Shown here piece after piece: positions 37,276 to 46,420 of a stretch of 64,000 nucleotides of DNA (its first letter is position 1; the number at the start of each line of letters is the position of its first letter). A program made the position numbers and the translations under genes. The stretch lies in IMG/VR virus record IMGVR_UViG_2872147552_000001. One strand, given 5' to 3'. This DNA is from a virus (Duplodnaviria > Heunggongvirae > Uroviricota > Caudoviricetes). The notes below the pieces were generated by a model that saw only the letters and a list, made by a program, of their open reading frames with translations, did not search any database and was not told the DNA's origin.

Positions 37276-39181
37276 AGCTGCGCCCCTCTTTAACTTCCAG
37301 CGTAATAGTTTCCCGGAACCACGACTTCATCTCTTTATGGGAGATAATCAGCACAGTACCTCGCTCGCGAGCTTTGGACTCCAGAATACCCATGAGGCGT
37401 TCAAGACCGGCTGTATCGAGTGCATCGTCAATTTCGTCGCCGATAAACAAATCGATGTTTTTACTCGCCCGGTTACTAACCAGATCCTGCAATGCCAAAG
37501 AACACGCAATGCGAACCTTCCGCTTCTCACCACCAGAGAGGGTTTGGAACGACTTACTTGAACCTTTCTTCTGCACACTAATGTTGAATTTGTCGCGATA
37601 CTCACCTTTTTTAGTGACATCCATCGTCGACCACTCAGCAGTAATATTCCCGTCAGACAACGTATTGAGATACTCGGCAGTGCGTGTATTCAGGAAAGGC
37701 GTAACAGACGTCAAAATATGAGAACGCACCCCGGCAGGAGAGTAGACCTGACGAGCTTTTTCCAATAGCAACGTTTGTTCCTGAATAGCCTTCAACTCAT
37801 CTTTTAAGGACTTGAAGGTAGACTTACTGGATACCAGGTTATCTTCGTGTCTGGCGATAAGAGCAATAAACGGATTAATCTCTTTTGATATACGATCGAC
37901 CTCAGTACGAGCACGAGTCACAAGAGACTCAATAGCAACAACCTCCTTCTCACGATGACGCAAAGATGAGAGTTGTTTCGTAAGCTCTTCAATCCGGGCA
38001 ATGATAGCCGTTACATCAGGTGTCGTTTTAACAAGGGCAGACTCAATGCTTAACGCTTTCTCAAGATTCGTTTTGTGTTTAGCCATTGCCTCTGCAAGTG
38101 TCTTCGCCTGACCAATTTCCTGACGTGCTTGTTCAATGAAACTCTCCTTCACCGTTGATAGATCTTCTTCGCAGTAGGCTTTGCCACAAGTAGGGCATGG
38201 TGATCCCACTTTAGTACCAACCTCTTCTGCTTTGGTCTTAAAATTACGCGCGCGGTTCATTGCATCAGCCTGACTATTTTCTGTAGCTTTGATGCTTGCC
38301 CGAATATCAGTTATCGCACCACGAACTTTGAGCAACTTGGCGTCATGTTCTTCTTTTGAGGCTAACTTTTTGCGCTCACTTTCGATTGCCTTCTCGGTAT
38401 CACGTATCTGTTCGGGAAGAGTGCGGATCTCAAGTTCAACTTCCGTTAACTCAACTTCGGCACTGGCCAGCCCAGCCAGGGCATCGTCATAACGTTTAGA
38501 ACGCTCTTGCTCCCATGATTCAGAGGAGGCTTTCGCTGACTCAATTTCTGACTGTGTTGCCTCAATGGTCGAGATTGTCGACTCCAATTTGGTTTTAACC
38601 ACATCCATACGTGCGGCAGCTGCATTAGCTCGCTCACGAGCAATAGCGTAGGCGCGTGTCAGTCTGTCAACGCCAGCGGCTTCTTCTACGATGGTTTTGA
38701 GGTTTTTGTCGGACATTCCAGGTAAATCTGGCATAGCTTCTTGGCTCGCATAGATGGAAGCCATGAAAACCTCTTTAGATGCACCGATCAGACGCTCGAC
38801 GAACTCCTGCGTCAGCGCATCTTTGCCTTTCGTCATATCGCCATCTTCACCACGAACGATAAGACGATTTTTGAACTCTTTGTGTTTACGGTGACGAATG
38901 ATTGCGTATCTCTTGCCTTCATCCTCGATGGTTACTGCAACACGACAGTTCTTTTCATGGTCGGTAGACAACACATCGTCACCCTTCACACCATGAGCTG
39001 TTTCGCCATAAAGACACCACATCAGACTATTCATTAGAGTTGACTTTCCAGAGCCATTACTTGATGCGGAACTATCATCACTATTAACACCCTGAATAAG
39101 CACTAAACCACGCTGATCTAACTCGACCTCCGCGCTGGCGATAGCCATAAAATTCTCAACCTGGAGCTTTAAAAACTTCAT
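37265..39181 (-). CDS. sbcC: SbcC/Rad50-like ATPase
   Basis: Walker A GSGKST, central CPTCGK zinc hook, C-terminal signature LSGGEKRK and D-loop. Confidence 0.8.
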   Translation of the reverse strand: MKFLKLQVENFMAIASAEVELDQRGLVLIQGVNSDDSSASSNGSGKSTLMNSLMWCLYGETAHGVKGDDVLSTDHEKNCRVAVTIEDEGKRYAIIRHRKHKEFKNRLIVRGEDGDMTKGKDALTQEFVERLIGASKEVFMASIYASQEAMPDLPGMSDKNLKTIVEEAAGVDRLTRAYAIARERANAAAARMDVVKTKLESTISTIEATQSEIESAKASSESWEQERSKRYDDALAGLASAEVELTEVELEIRTLPEQIRDTEKAIESERKKLASKEEHDAKLLKVRGAITDIRASIKATENSQADAMNRARNFKTKAEEVGTKVGSPCPTCGKAYCEEDLSTVKESFIEQARQEIGQAKTLAEAMAKHKTNLEKALSIESALVKTTPDVTAIIARIEELTKQLSSLRHREKEVVAIESLVTRARTEVDRISKEINPFIALIARHEDNLVSSKSTFKSLKDELKAIQEQTLLLEKARQVYSPAGVRSHILTSVTPFLNTRTAEYLNTLSDGNITAEWSTMDVTKKGEYRDKFNISVQKKGSSKSFQTLSGGEKRKVRIACSLALQDLVSNRASKNIDLFIGDEIDDALDTAGLERLMGILESKARERGTVLIISHKEMKSWFRETITLEVKEGRSYVV

Positions 39182-39410
39182 ATAACACCTCTGATACCGC
39201 GTGTTAGCTTTTGGCCTTCTTTCAATCTGAACTCCGTATGCGCCGGGAAGGATCTGCGCCTCAATACGCCTTTTCTTGTTAACCTTCCAAGATAAAACGC
39301 TACGGGATTTCCTTGTGGCGGGTAGGGCTTGTGAAACATCACCGTCTGGCCTCGTTCAAGTCTTTTCATCGTGATGGCAAAGTCTCGAAAGCTCCCATAA
39401 CGACTTTGCT

Positions 39411-40496
39411 TCACACAGCCTCCGAACTCTCCGCTTCGGTGAGGATTTCCTGACACAAAATATCCAATTTGCTCAGATCAAATCCGCCGTCAGTATCGTG
39501 GACAATCTTGCAATAAGCAGATACCGACTCTCCCAGGCTATCGATTTTGCTGGTTTCAGTTGTGCTGGCTGTACCTTCCATCATTGATGACTTACGGATG
39601 AAGTTGCACACGACACCTTTTGCACCCATTGTTTTGAGGATGTTCTGGTACTTAATGCCTTCTTCATCGTTCTCAATTACGGCGCGGAAACGCACGTAGT
39701 TGCCGCGAATTTGGTCATCAGCAACATCATCTTCCAGGTTAATGAATTTAGGCGCACTGGTTTCGTAGTGACTGAAACTGCCGTCCGGGTTTACGATCAT
39801 GTAGCCAGCCAGAGATCCAACATCTCCCCAATTTTGATGAGTCAGTGCACCGACACTGATAACTCCAGGAATGACCTCTTTGTGGTTGTGGTAATGCCCA
39901 CTAAGCACGAGACGAAAGCCGATATCCTTTAACTCCTGCGCATCGATACCGACGTCAGGCATTGTTGGAATGGCTTTGTTAATGGATGTATGGATAACAA
40001 CGTCATGATTATCACCTTCTACGCTCTTACGTAATGCTTTCAGATCGCTGATAAGCTCCGCATGATTGTTACGCCAGCTAATCAGGTGGACAGTCACATC
40101 ACCAATTTTTATTGAGTGTGGGCGCTTGCCACATACGATTACCACGCCGATAGAACTCAGCGATGCTGCTGCGTTGGCGCTATATACTGAATCGTTGGTT
40201 TCAAGATCGTGATTACCGGCCAGCATTACTACTGTCAGATCAAGCTCGTTGATAATCCACTTGTACGTTTCAGTTACGTAATGCAAAACAGAAGGGGACA
40301 CAGTTCCTCGGACGTGAAATGTATCACCGGCAACCAACATGTACTTACAACCGGCCTTCTTCATGGCGATGGCTGCTTCTTTCGTTGCTTCCAACTGTAT
40401 TTCAAGTCTGGAGTTAAGCCCCTCAGCGTTCGTCGTGGAGAACGCATCCCATTTGTGGTAGTGGCAGTCAGAAATGACGCCGTATGGCAAAGTCAT
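39411..40496 (-). CDS. sbcD: SbcD/Mre11-like nuclease
   Basis: Phosphoesterase motifs DCHYH, GDTFH, GNHD, GHYH. Confidence 0.8.
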   Translation of the reverse strand: MTLPYGVISDCHYHKWDAFSTTNAEGLNSRLEIQLEATKEAAIAMKKAGCKYMLVAGDTFHVRGTVSPSVLHYVTETYKWIINELDLTVVMLAGNHDLETNDSVYSANAAASLSSIGVVIVCGKRPHSIKIGDVTVHLISWRNNHAELISDLKALRKSVEGDNHDVVIHTSINKAIPTMPDVGIDAQELKDIGFRLVLSGHYHNHKEVIPGVISVGALTHQNWGDVGSLAGYMIVNPDGSFSHYETSAPKFINLEDDVADDQIRGNYVRFRAVIENDEEGIKYQNILKTMGAKGVVCNFIRKSSMMEGTASTTETSKIDSLGESVSAYCKIVHDTDGGFDLSKLDILCQEILTEAESSEAV

Positions 40497-40607
40497 GTGT
40501 TTTTCCTTTGTGGTTATTTTGATACAAATTCTAAGAGCAATGAGGAGGTAAACAACTATGCATAACGGTATGTTAGGAATGAAACTAGCGCCTTAATATA
40601 CAAAATT

Positions 40608-40631
40608 TATAAGTAAGTATATACCTATTTA
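40608..40631 (-). promoter_or_regulatory. class B palindrome
   Basis: tataagtaagtatatacctattta. Confidence 0.4.
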
Positions 40632-40750
40632 TCGTGGCGCAACTTTGCTTGTCTGTATGACTAAAAATAAGACAGGATCACTGTAGAACGCTATGAGAGC
40701 TATTTTGAGGGGGCGTAGATTCTATCTACGCCAATATACGATCTGGAGGG

Positions 40751-41395
40751 TTACAGCGCGTCAGTTGGCTTTTTACGCGCTGCATTTATGCTTATGACGC
40801 CAGCTTTAGGACGTGGATCGACAAGGTTCAGTTCTTCTTCGCTATGGTATTCAAGGTCGAACTCACGTTTTACATGTCTGATGTAGATTGCAGTGAGCAG
40901 GCTATCTTTGGTCAGGAAGTGTCCGTAGGATTTGCGGATCACTTCTTCAACCTTCTCGATTTTCTCACCACCCATGCAGAGGTGATTAAACCGGCTGTGT
41001 TTCCGCAACATCTCGTCAACTGGGCCTGAGTAAACCTTGTCTACTTTCCCAAAACGAATGATTTTTCCTGTATCTGCGGATACAAGGCAAATCAGTTTGT
41101 CTGGTGATAAACGATCTCGCCACGTTACTCCTGAACGGAGTGTGTTGAAGTAGGGCGCATCCAATCCGATGATCGGTTTACGAAATGCGAGCAATGGAAC
41201 GTACCTGATACAACTATTCAAATGAAAGTTCACACCAGCCTTATCAAGTTTAATTCTGGTTTCGTAGATCGGGCACTTCGCCGCTATACCGCAGATATCA
41301 CAAAGTAACTTCTGCTTATTCAGGTTGGAATTTGATTCGATAGTGTAGGAGCCGTCCTCAAGACGACGAACCCAGCGCGTGCGTTTTAGATCCAT
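40751..41395 (-). CDS. hypothetical protein (214 aa)
   Basis: Basic protein with CxxC; sits beside the origin. Confidence 0.45.
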   Translation of the reverse strand: MDLKRTRWVRRLEDGSYTIESNSNLNKQKLLCDICGIAAKCPIYETRIKLDKAGVNFHLNSCIRYVPLLAFRKPIIGLDAPYFNTLRSGVTWRDRLSPDKLICLVSADTGKIIRFGKVDKVYSGPVDEMLRKHSRFNHLCMGGEKIEKVEEVIRKSYGHFLTKDSLLTAIYIRHVKREFDLEYHSEEELNLVDPRPKAGVISINAARKKPTDAL

Positions 41396-41482
41396 AATCG
41401 TTTTTTCAGTAGTTATTGGCCGATGCTACGATAACTCATTAGGCATACCTTAATCTGCATTTGCCTGTTTTACTTATCCCAG

Positions 41483-41700
41483 TTATCCACTGGATAGATC
41501 CAAATAAGAGATCCCAAGTAAGATCAAATAGAAGATCCAAAGAGATCCCAGATCGCCTCTAGCCGTTGCGGTTACTGGTCTGAAAGGGTGTTGCCATCCA
41601 CTATGGAGAGCAAAGAAACCTCTGTAGAGAGCTGAATAACCGCTATGAAGAGTAAAACAACCACTCTGGAGAGCTGTATATATCCACTGTAGAGAGTAGA
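41483..41700. promoter_or_regulatory. origin-like unit 1: DnaA box, GATC cluster, iteron array
   Basis: TTATCCAC at 41483; six GATC in 41497-41554; five approx 21-bp-spaced iterons CCACTnTrGAGAG 41596-41700. Confidence 0.6.
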
Positions 41701-41808
41701 GCACATTGTCTTTTATGGATAACTTAATGACTTAATTCTTCATTAACATACTGATATACATAGATATATTTTAAACTCTACTCTTAGTCATGATTCTTAT
41801 GTCCTTAA

Positions 41809-42098
41809 ATATCCACAGAAGAGTAGAGTTACCTGTTCTTGAAATCCTCTGATTTTTATCCACAGGCCCGATCCAGTAATTCAGATCACAAAGAGAACCA
41901 AAGAGACCCATAAAGACCCAATAAGATCCCCGCCCACCTCAAACCGTTGTGCCATCTGCCTTCAGACATGATCGATATCCACTATAGAGAGCGAATAATC
42001 CACTATAGGGAGCAAAGCAACCACTATAGAGAGGAGAAAAACCACTATAGACGGTAGGATAACCGCTGTGATGAGTGCTACTATCCACTGTAATCAGC
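41809..42098. promoter_or_regulatory. origin-like unit 2 (incC-like): DnaA boxes, GATC sites, iterons before repA
   Basis: ATATCCACA 41809, TTATCCACA 41856; GATC sites; six iterons 41976-42098. Confidence 0.65.
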
Positions 42099-42138
42099 AA
42101 AGGCCACCAAAGCCGTCGAATAACAAGAGACATTTGGA

Positions 42139-43194
42139 ATGAGCGAAAACGGCAATAAAAACATAGCGATCGTTGAAGCATTTTCAGAAACAGATAAAAA
42201 GACAGGCGAAGTTGTTACGTTGGTTCCTAACACTAATAACACTGTTCAGCCTGTTGCTTTGATGCGTCTGGGCCTCTTCGTTCCGACGCTGAAATCGACA
42301 TCCAGAGGAAGAAAGGGGCAAATGGTCTCTATGGATGCCTCTGCTGAACTCAAACAGCTGTCTCTGGCAAAAGCCGAAGGGTACGAAGACATAAGGATCT
42401 CTGGCCTTCGGCTTGATATGGATAACGACTTTAAAACGTGGGTGGGAATAATCCACGCGTTTGCCAAACACAAGGTCGTTGGCGATACTGTCACGTTGCC
42501 GTTCGTTGAGTTTGTAAGGCTGTGTGGCATTCCGACCGCCAGGTCATCAGCGAAGTTACGCAAACGCCTGGACAGTTCGCTAAGCCGTATTGCCACAAAT
42601 ACCATCTCGTTCCGTAGTAAAGGCTCTGATGAGTTTTACGTAACGCATCTTGTGCAAACGGCAAAATATAGTGTCAAGCACGATACGGTCGAACTGAAAG
42701 CAGATCCCAAGATTTTCGAACTCTACCAGTTCGACAAAAAGGTTCTTCTGCAACTCCGGGCTATAAACGAACTCTCAAGAAAAGAATCCGCTCAGGCGCT
42801 TTATACTTTTATTGAAAGTTTGCCGCCTGATCCGGCACCAATATCACTAGCCCGTTTACGCGCCAGACTTAATCTGACAAGTCGCACTATTACTCAGAAT
42901 GCGACGGTAAGAAAGGCTATGGAACAGCTGCGAGAGATAGGATATCTCGATTACACGGAAGTTAAGCGCGGAAACTCGGTCTACTTCGTCATCCACTATA
43001 GGCGGCCAAAGTTACGCCAGGCACAAATATCAACAAAAATCGATAATGATGAGACGGAATATAGCCTCCCAGATGAGAATCAAGATGACATTATCGACGT
43101 TGTGCCTGACGAAAAAGAAGGCAAAATGGTCATGTTGAGTAAAGAAGAACTGGCGCTTCTCGAAGAGTTGCGCAAGGCAAAGACTCGCAAATAG
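42139..43194 (+). CDS. repA: replication initiator RepA (P1/RepFIB iteron-binding type)
   Basis: [77 protein letters not shown] recalled as hallmark of P1/RepFIB RepA; iterons on both sides. Confidence 0.85.
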   Translation: MSENGNKNIAIVEAFSETDKKTGEVVTLVPNTNNTVQPVALMRLGLFVPTLKSTSRGRKGQMVSMDASAELKQLSLAKAEGYEDIRISGLRLDMDNDFKTWVGIIHAFAKHKVVGDTVTLPFVEFVRLCGIPTARSSAKLRKRLDSSLSRIATNTISFRSKGSDEFYVTHLVQTAKYSVKHDTVELKADPKIFELYQFDKKVLLQLRAINELSRKESAQALYTFIESLPPDPAPISLARLRARLNLTSRTITQNATVRKAMEQLREIGYLDYTEVKRGNSVYFVIHYRRPKLRQAQISTKIDNDETEYSLPDENQDDIIDVVPDEKEGKMVMLSKEELALLEELRKAKTRK

Positions 43195-43196
43195 CC

Positions 43197-43675
43197 CAAC
43201 CACTGTAGTTAGTAGTAAGGCTCACTATCCACTGTAGTGAGCCTTACTTATATCTGTAATTCGCTATCCACTATAGTGAGTATCGTTATCTGTTGATAAC
43301 CACTGTAGGCAGTAGAATGCAAATACTGAATTAAATGTTAGTGATCACTAACACTGATGAAACAAGGGCTGCGAGGTTAGTGGTCACTGGGTATCTTGGA
43401 AAATTTACTGTCTATAGTGGTTGTTGTCGCCCTCATCTTTGAGCGTATCCACTGTGGCGAGTGGATATCCACTGAAAACAGCAAAGGCTTACTCACCATA
43501 GTGTATACCCGCTGGACATCTCACTCCAATACTCACCATAGTGGTTGTTTGATGCGAATGAAAGGCTGTCTACTCGCTACAGTGGTTAGCAGATATGTAG
43601 GAAGAGAGGACTGCAGACCACAGTGGATAATGAGCTGATACGAATGCGGTGAGCTGGCTACTCACCGCAGTGGTT
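43197..43675. repeat. incA-like iteron array downstream of repA
   Basis: At least ten CCACTGTAG / CTATAGTGG type iterons in both orientations. Confidence 0.65.
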
Positions 43676-43682
43676 GGTGCTA

Positions 43683-43895
43683 TTAGTGTATTTTCTTCAA
43701 CAGACCCCAAAGTGTTCCGGCTTTTGTAGTCAGTTTTCCTGTTTCTGGATCGTACATACGCCATTCACGCCGCTGGTGGACGATATACCCATCTTCACGT
43801 TCCAGACGCTCAAGAATGCCAGGCTGCTTGAAACCCTTAGCGCGCCAGTATCCGCTTGTTTTCTCGATTTCCAGACCTGCCAGTGTTAATGCCAT
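43683..43895 (-). CDS. hypothetical protein (70 aa)
   Basis: ORF coupled to upstream gene. Confidence 0.4.
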   Translation of the reverse strand: MALTLAGLEIEKTSGYWRAKGFKQPGILERLEREDGYIVHQRREWRMYDPETGKLTTKAGTLWGLLKKIH

Positions 43896-44230
43896 TATCC
43901 AACCTCCTTGCAGTCATCGAAAAGGTAGCTTTGCTGAGAAGCGTGAACGCCATAGAAGCCCTTGTATTTGTTGTATACGAAGTGGTCTTCTCCGACGCCG
44001 GTTAATTTGCCATTACGATTTGTGAGATATGGGGATGACAATACTCGATCGTCACGCACAACATAGAACTGGTCGCCGCTGTCTACGACCATCGCTCCAT
44101 ATGGTGCTTTTATGACGTCGGTAAGAGCACCATTCTTAACGTCGGCTACAGACATTTCACACTGATAAACAGTGGTGTCGGCCACAACGATCGAAGAAAG
44201 GAACAACAGCGCGAATGGGATGGCCTTCAT
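43895..44230 (-). CDS. secreted hypothetical protein (111 aa)
   Basis: Signal peptide MKAIPFALLFLSSIVVA; ATGA overlap with small membrane ORF. Confidence 0.45.
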   Translation of the reverse strand: MKAIPFALLFLSSIVVADTTVYQCEMSVADVKNGALTDVIKAPYGAMVVDSGDQFYVVRDDRVLSSPYLTNRNGKLTGVGEDHFVYNKYKGFYGVHASQQSYLFDDCKEVG

Positions 44231-44406
44231 GCTGCCACCTCTTTGATTACATCAAATGCTGAATTAAATACGAGCACGATAGCCAAAGCGTTTATGACTA
44301 CGTCGTGCACCGGGGAAAAGACTTTACGAATGACACCAGTGAAAATGCAGTCGATGACAAAAGCTATTGAAACGATGAGTAACAAGTATTCAATAAAAAT
44401 CTTCAT
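44227..44406 (-). CDS. small two-TM membrane protein (59 aa), not in ORF track
   Basis: MKIFIEYLLLIVSIAFVIDCIFTGVIRKVFSPVHDVVINALAIVLVFNSAFDVIKEVAA; stop overlaps next ATG. Confidence 0.35.
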   Translation of the reverse strand: MKIFIEYLLLIVSIAFVIDCIFTGVIRKVFSPVHDVVINALAIVLVFNSAFDVIKEVAA

Positions 44407-44429
44407 GATAGGTAGATACTAACTTATAT
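44407..44429 (-). promoter_or_regulatory. class B palindrome
   Basis: gataggtagatactaacttatat immediately upstream of the small membrane ORF. Confidence 0.4.
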
Positions 44430-44445
44430 AAATTTTACTGTAAAC

Positions 44446-44721
44446 TCACTCAAAAGTGCTGATGCTTAAAATACGCTCAAGATGTTCGGCATCTTCATCA
44501 CTGATTTGTTGAGTCTCTTCTACGTACCAACAGTTGCCGTTATGCCAACAAACACCATCATCATCAACCATCACTGAATCAGCGTCATGACCTGTATATT
44601 CAACGAGAATACGCTGGATCAGCGCGTCAGTTTCTTCGTCGTTAAGGCCATCGGCTTTGACCATAAAAAGCGGAAACACGTCATAGACAGTGCTGGTAAC
44701 GATTCGAACTAAAACTCTCAT
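44446..44721 (-). CDS. hypothetical protein (91 aa)
   Basis: ORF. Confidence 0.45.
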   Translation of the reverse strand: MRVLVRIVTSTVYDVFPLFMVKADGLNDEETDALIQRILVEYTGHDADSVMVDDDGVCWHNGNCWYVEETQQISDEDAEHLERILSISTFE

Positions 44722-44776
44722 GTGTTTTTCCTTTTGTGGTTAGTGTTTACTTATTTTGTTAGTTATGAATAGGCGA

Positions 44777-45202
44777 TCAATCTTCTTGTTTAGGGAAAAA
44801 CTGTTCAATAACTCTGTCAACGGCTGTGTCTATATGGAGTAGATGCCACACAACCATATCTTTGCTTCCCATGCCTTGTGTGAATATCACGTCATACTTA
44901 CGCCATGCGCAGTGGAACCAATATGCTGAGTCATCAATTGGTAAATCCTCTCCCGCCTCTTTGAAGTATTTCAGCAGCATTGCCTGCTCTGCCGTTGGCG
45001 TTGGACCTATTTCCTGAGCGTACATACGGATGAATCGCTGCCAGTCTGTCTCGTCGGGGGTTGGATCTGGTGGGGTCATTTCTGCGATAGCGTTTCGTAG
45101 CTGATGCGCCCAATCAGGTTCAGGAAAGCCTTTTGCTACTTCATCATCAATAACATCCAGAGCCACGTTTGCGGCATCGTAGAGTTTCTTAATAACTGTC
45201 AT
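44777..45202 (-). CDS. hypothetical protein (141 aa)
   Basis: ORF with class A motif in leader. Confidence 0.5.
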   Translation of the reverse strand: MTVIKKLYDAANVALDVIDDEVAKGFPEPDWAHQLRNAIAEMTPPDPTPDETDWQRFIRMYAQEIGPTPTAEQAMLLKYFKEAGEDLPIDDSAYWFHCAWRKYDVIFTQGMGSKDMVVWHLLHIDTAVDRVIEQFFPKQED

Positions 45203-45218
45203 GTTTTCTTATCCTTTT

Positions 45219-45232
45219 AAACAAATTGTTTT
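45219..45232 (-). promoter_or_regulatory. class A palindromic leader motif
   Basis: aaacaaattgtttt. Confidence 0.45.
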
Positions 45233-45293
45233 CTTAATAAGATAATTGCGATAAAAAAGGCGTCCAACTGGACGCCTGAACTTTTTAGGGGAG

Positions 45294-46124
45294 TTATTTC
45301 ACTGTAATGAAAGGAGTGTTAGCCCCTTGAGTCATGTACTGCGGTAACTGGCCATTCCATTTATTGATGGCTTCCAGTTCCATAACGTTCGGGTTTTGAC
45401 GCAGAGCTTCACCGCGCAGACGAATGGCGTCTGCTTCTGCTTGCGCACGAGCACGGATAGCATCAGCTTCACCATTAGCCTGTTCACGTAGCATATTCGC
45501 CTCAGCTTTACGTTGTTCAACTTCCTGCTGACGTTGCAGAGTACGCTGGTTAGCCGTTACTTTGGCGTTGATAGATTCTATGACGGTTTTTGGGTAATCA
45601 GGCTTTCCAACCCATGACAGGCTCAGTACCTCAATACCAACCGGAGACATCTCTTTCTGAATATCTTTCAGTGCGTTGTCCAGCAATTGCGCCTTACCAC
45701 CGTCGATAAATGAGTCAGTGGTCATACGGCTGGCCAAACGGTTTAGAGAGTCGGCAATTTTCTGACGCAGATCTGATTCGGTGATATCGTCTACGCCTTT
45801 GCGATAGGTCTGGAACACCGTCGTTACCTTGTCACGATTAACCAGATACGCAACGCCAATTTTGTGACCAATAGCAGTACCGTCACTCATCTGGAATGTG
45901 AATGGCTCGTCGTAGGTCTTCATTTGTTTGAAGGTCGGGAATACGTAAAGTTCGGTGTTAAGACCTGTCCATTGGCGACCAACGCCAACCACTTCACCAA
46001 TCCCTTTGTCTTCACCTAATTTGTTTACTTTGATGCCAACGTATCCAGGCTCCACGCGATCGCAGCCAGTAAGACCCATTGTGCAAATAGCCGCCAGAGC
46101 AACTGCAAGTAAACCTTTCTTCAT
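45294..46124 (-). CDS. SPFH/band-7 domain lipoprotein
   Basis: Lipobox LTGC after signal peptide; long coiled-coil Ala/Glu/Arg-rich segment typical of prohibitin/HflC-like proteins. Confidence 0.6.
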   Translation of the reverse strand: MKKGLLAVALAAICTMGLTGCDRVEPGYVGIKVNKLGEDKGIGEVVGVGRQWTGLNTELYVFPTFKQMKTYDEPFTFQMSDGTAIGHKIGVAYLVNRDKVTTVFQTYRKGVDDITESDLRQKIADSLNRLASRMTTDSFIDGGKAQLLDNALKDIQKEMSPVGIEVLSLSWVGKPDYPKTVIESINAKVTANQRTLQRQQEVEQRKAEANMLREQANGEADAIRARAQAEADAIRLRGEALRQNPNVMELEAINKWNGQLPQYMTQGANTPFITVK

Positions 46125-46127
46125 TAC

Positions 46128-46328
46128 TTATTTCCCCTTTGCTTTGATTAATGAGTTGATAAACTTACGACCAGCAATAAGACCGATTACAGGAGCACCA
46201 AAACCAACGATAACTCCAAACATGACGGCTAAATCACTCTTGGTAGAAATCAGCGACGGAACCAGTAAACCGTAGATGAGAGCCACTGAAAGGCCTGTGG
46301 CTACTGCCAATAGATAGATTTTGATCAT
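46128..46328 (-). CDS. small membrane protein (66 aa), possible partner of SPFH protein
   Basis: Two hydrophobic helices; ends 4 nt before the SPFH start. Confidence 0.45.
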   Translation of the reverse strand: MIKIYLLAVATGLSVALIYGLLVPSLISTKSDLAVMFGVIVGFGAPVIGLIAGRKFINSLIKAKGK

Positions 46329-46359
46329 GTGTTTTCCTATGTGGTTGTTATGCGAAAAT

Positions 46360-46378
46360 AATAAGTAAGTGCTTATAT
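46360..46378 (-). promoter_or_regulatory. class B palindrome
   Basis: aataagtaagtgcttatat. Confidence 0.4.
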
Positions 46379-46420
46379 ATTTTCAAGAGATAAAAAAGGC
46401 GTCCTGTGGACGCCTTGTGT

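Noticed and set aside
39178-39456. 92-aa ORF between sbcD and sbcC
   Set aside because: Most of it overlaps the sbcD 3' end in another frame; the non-overlapping remainder is a short Arg-rich peptide without an RBS, so it is left unannotated
41590-43675. Possible CRISPR array suggested by short repeats with regular spacing
   Set aside because: Repeat units are 13-15 nt with about 21-bp periodicity, occur in both orientations, flank repA and co-occur with DnaA boxes and GATC clusters, which is iteron behaviour; no cas genes nearby
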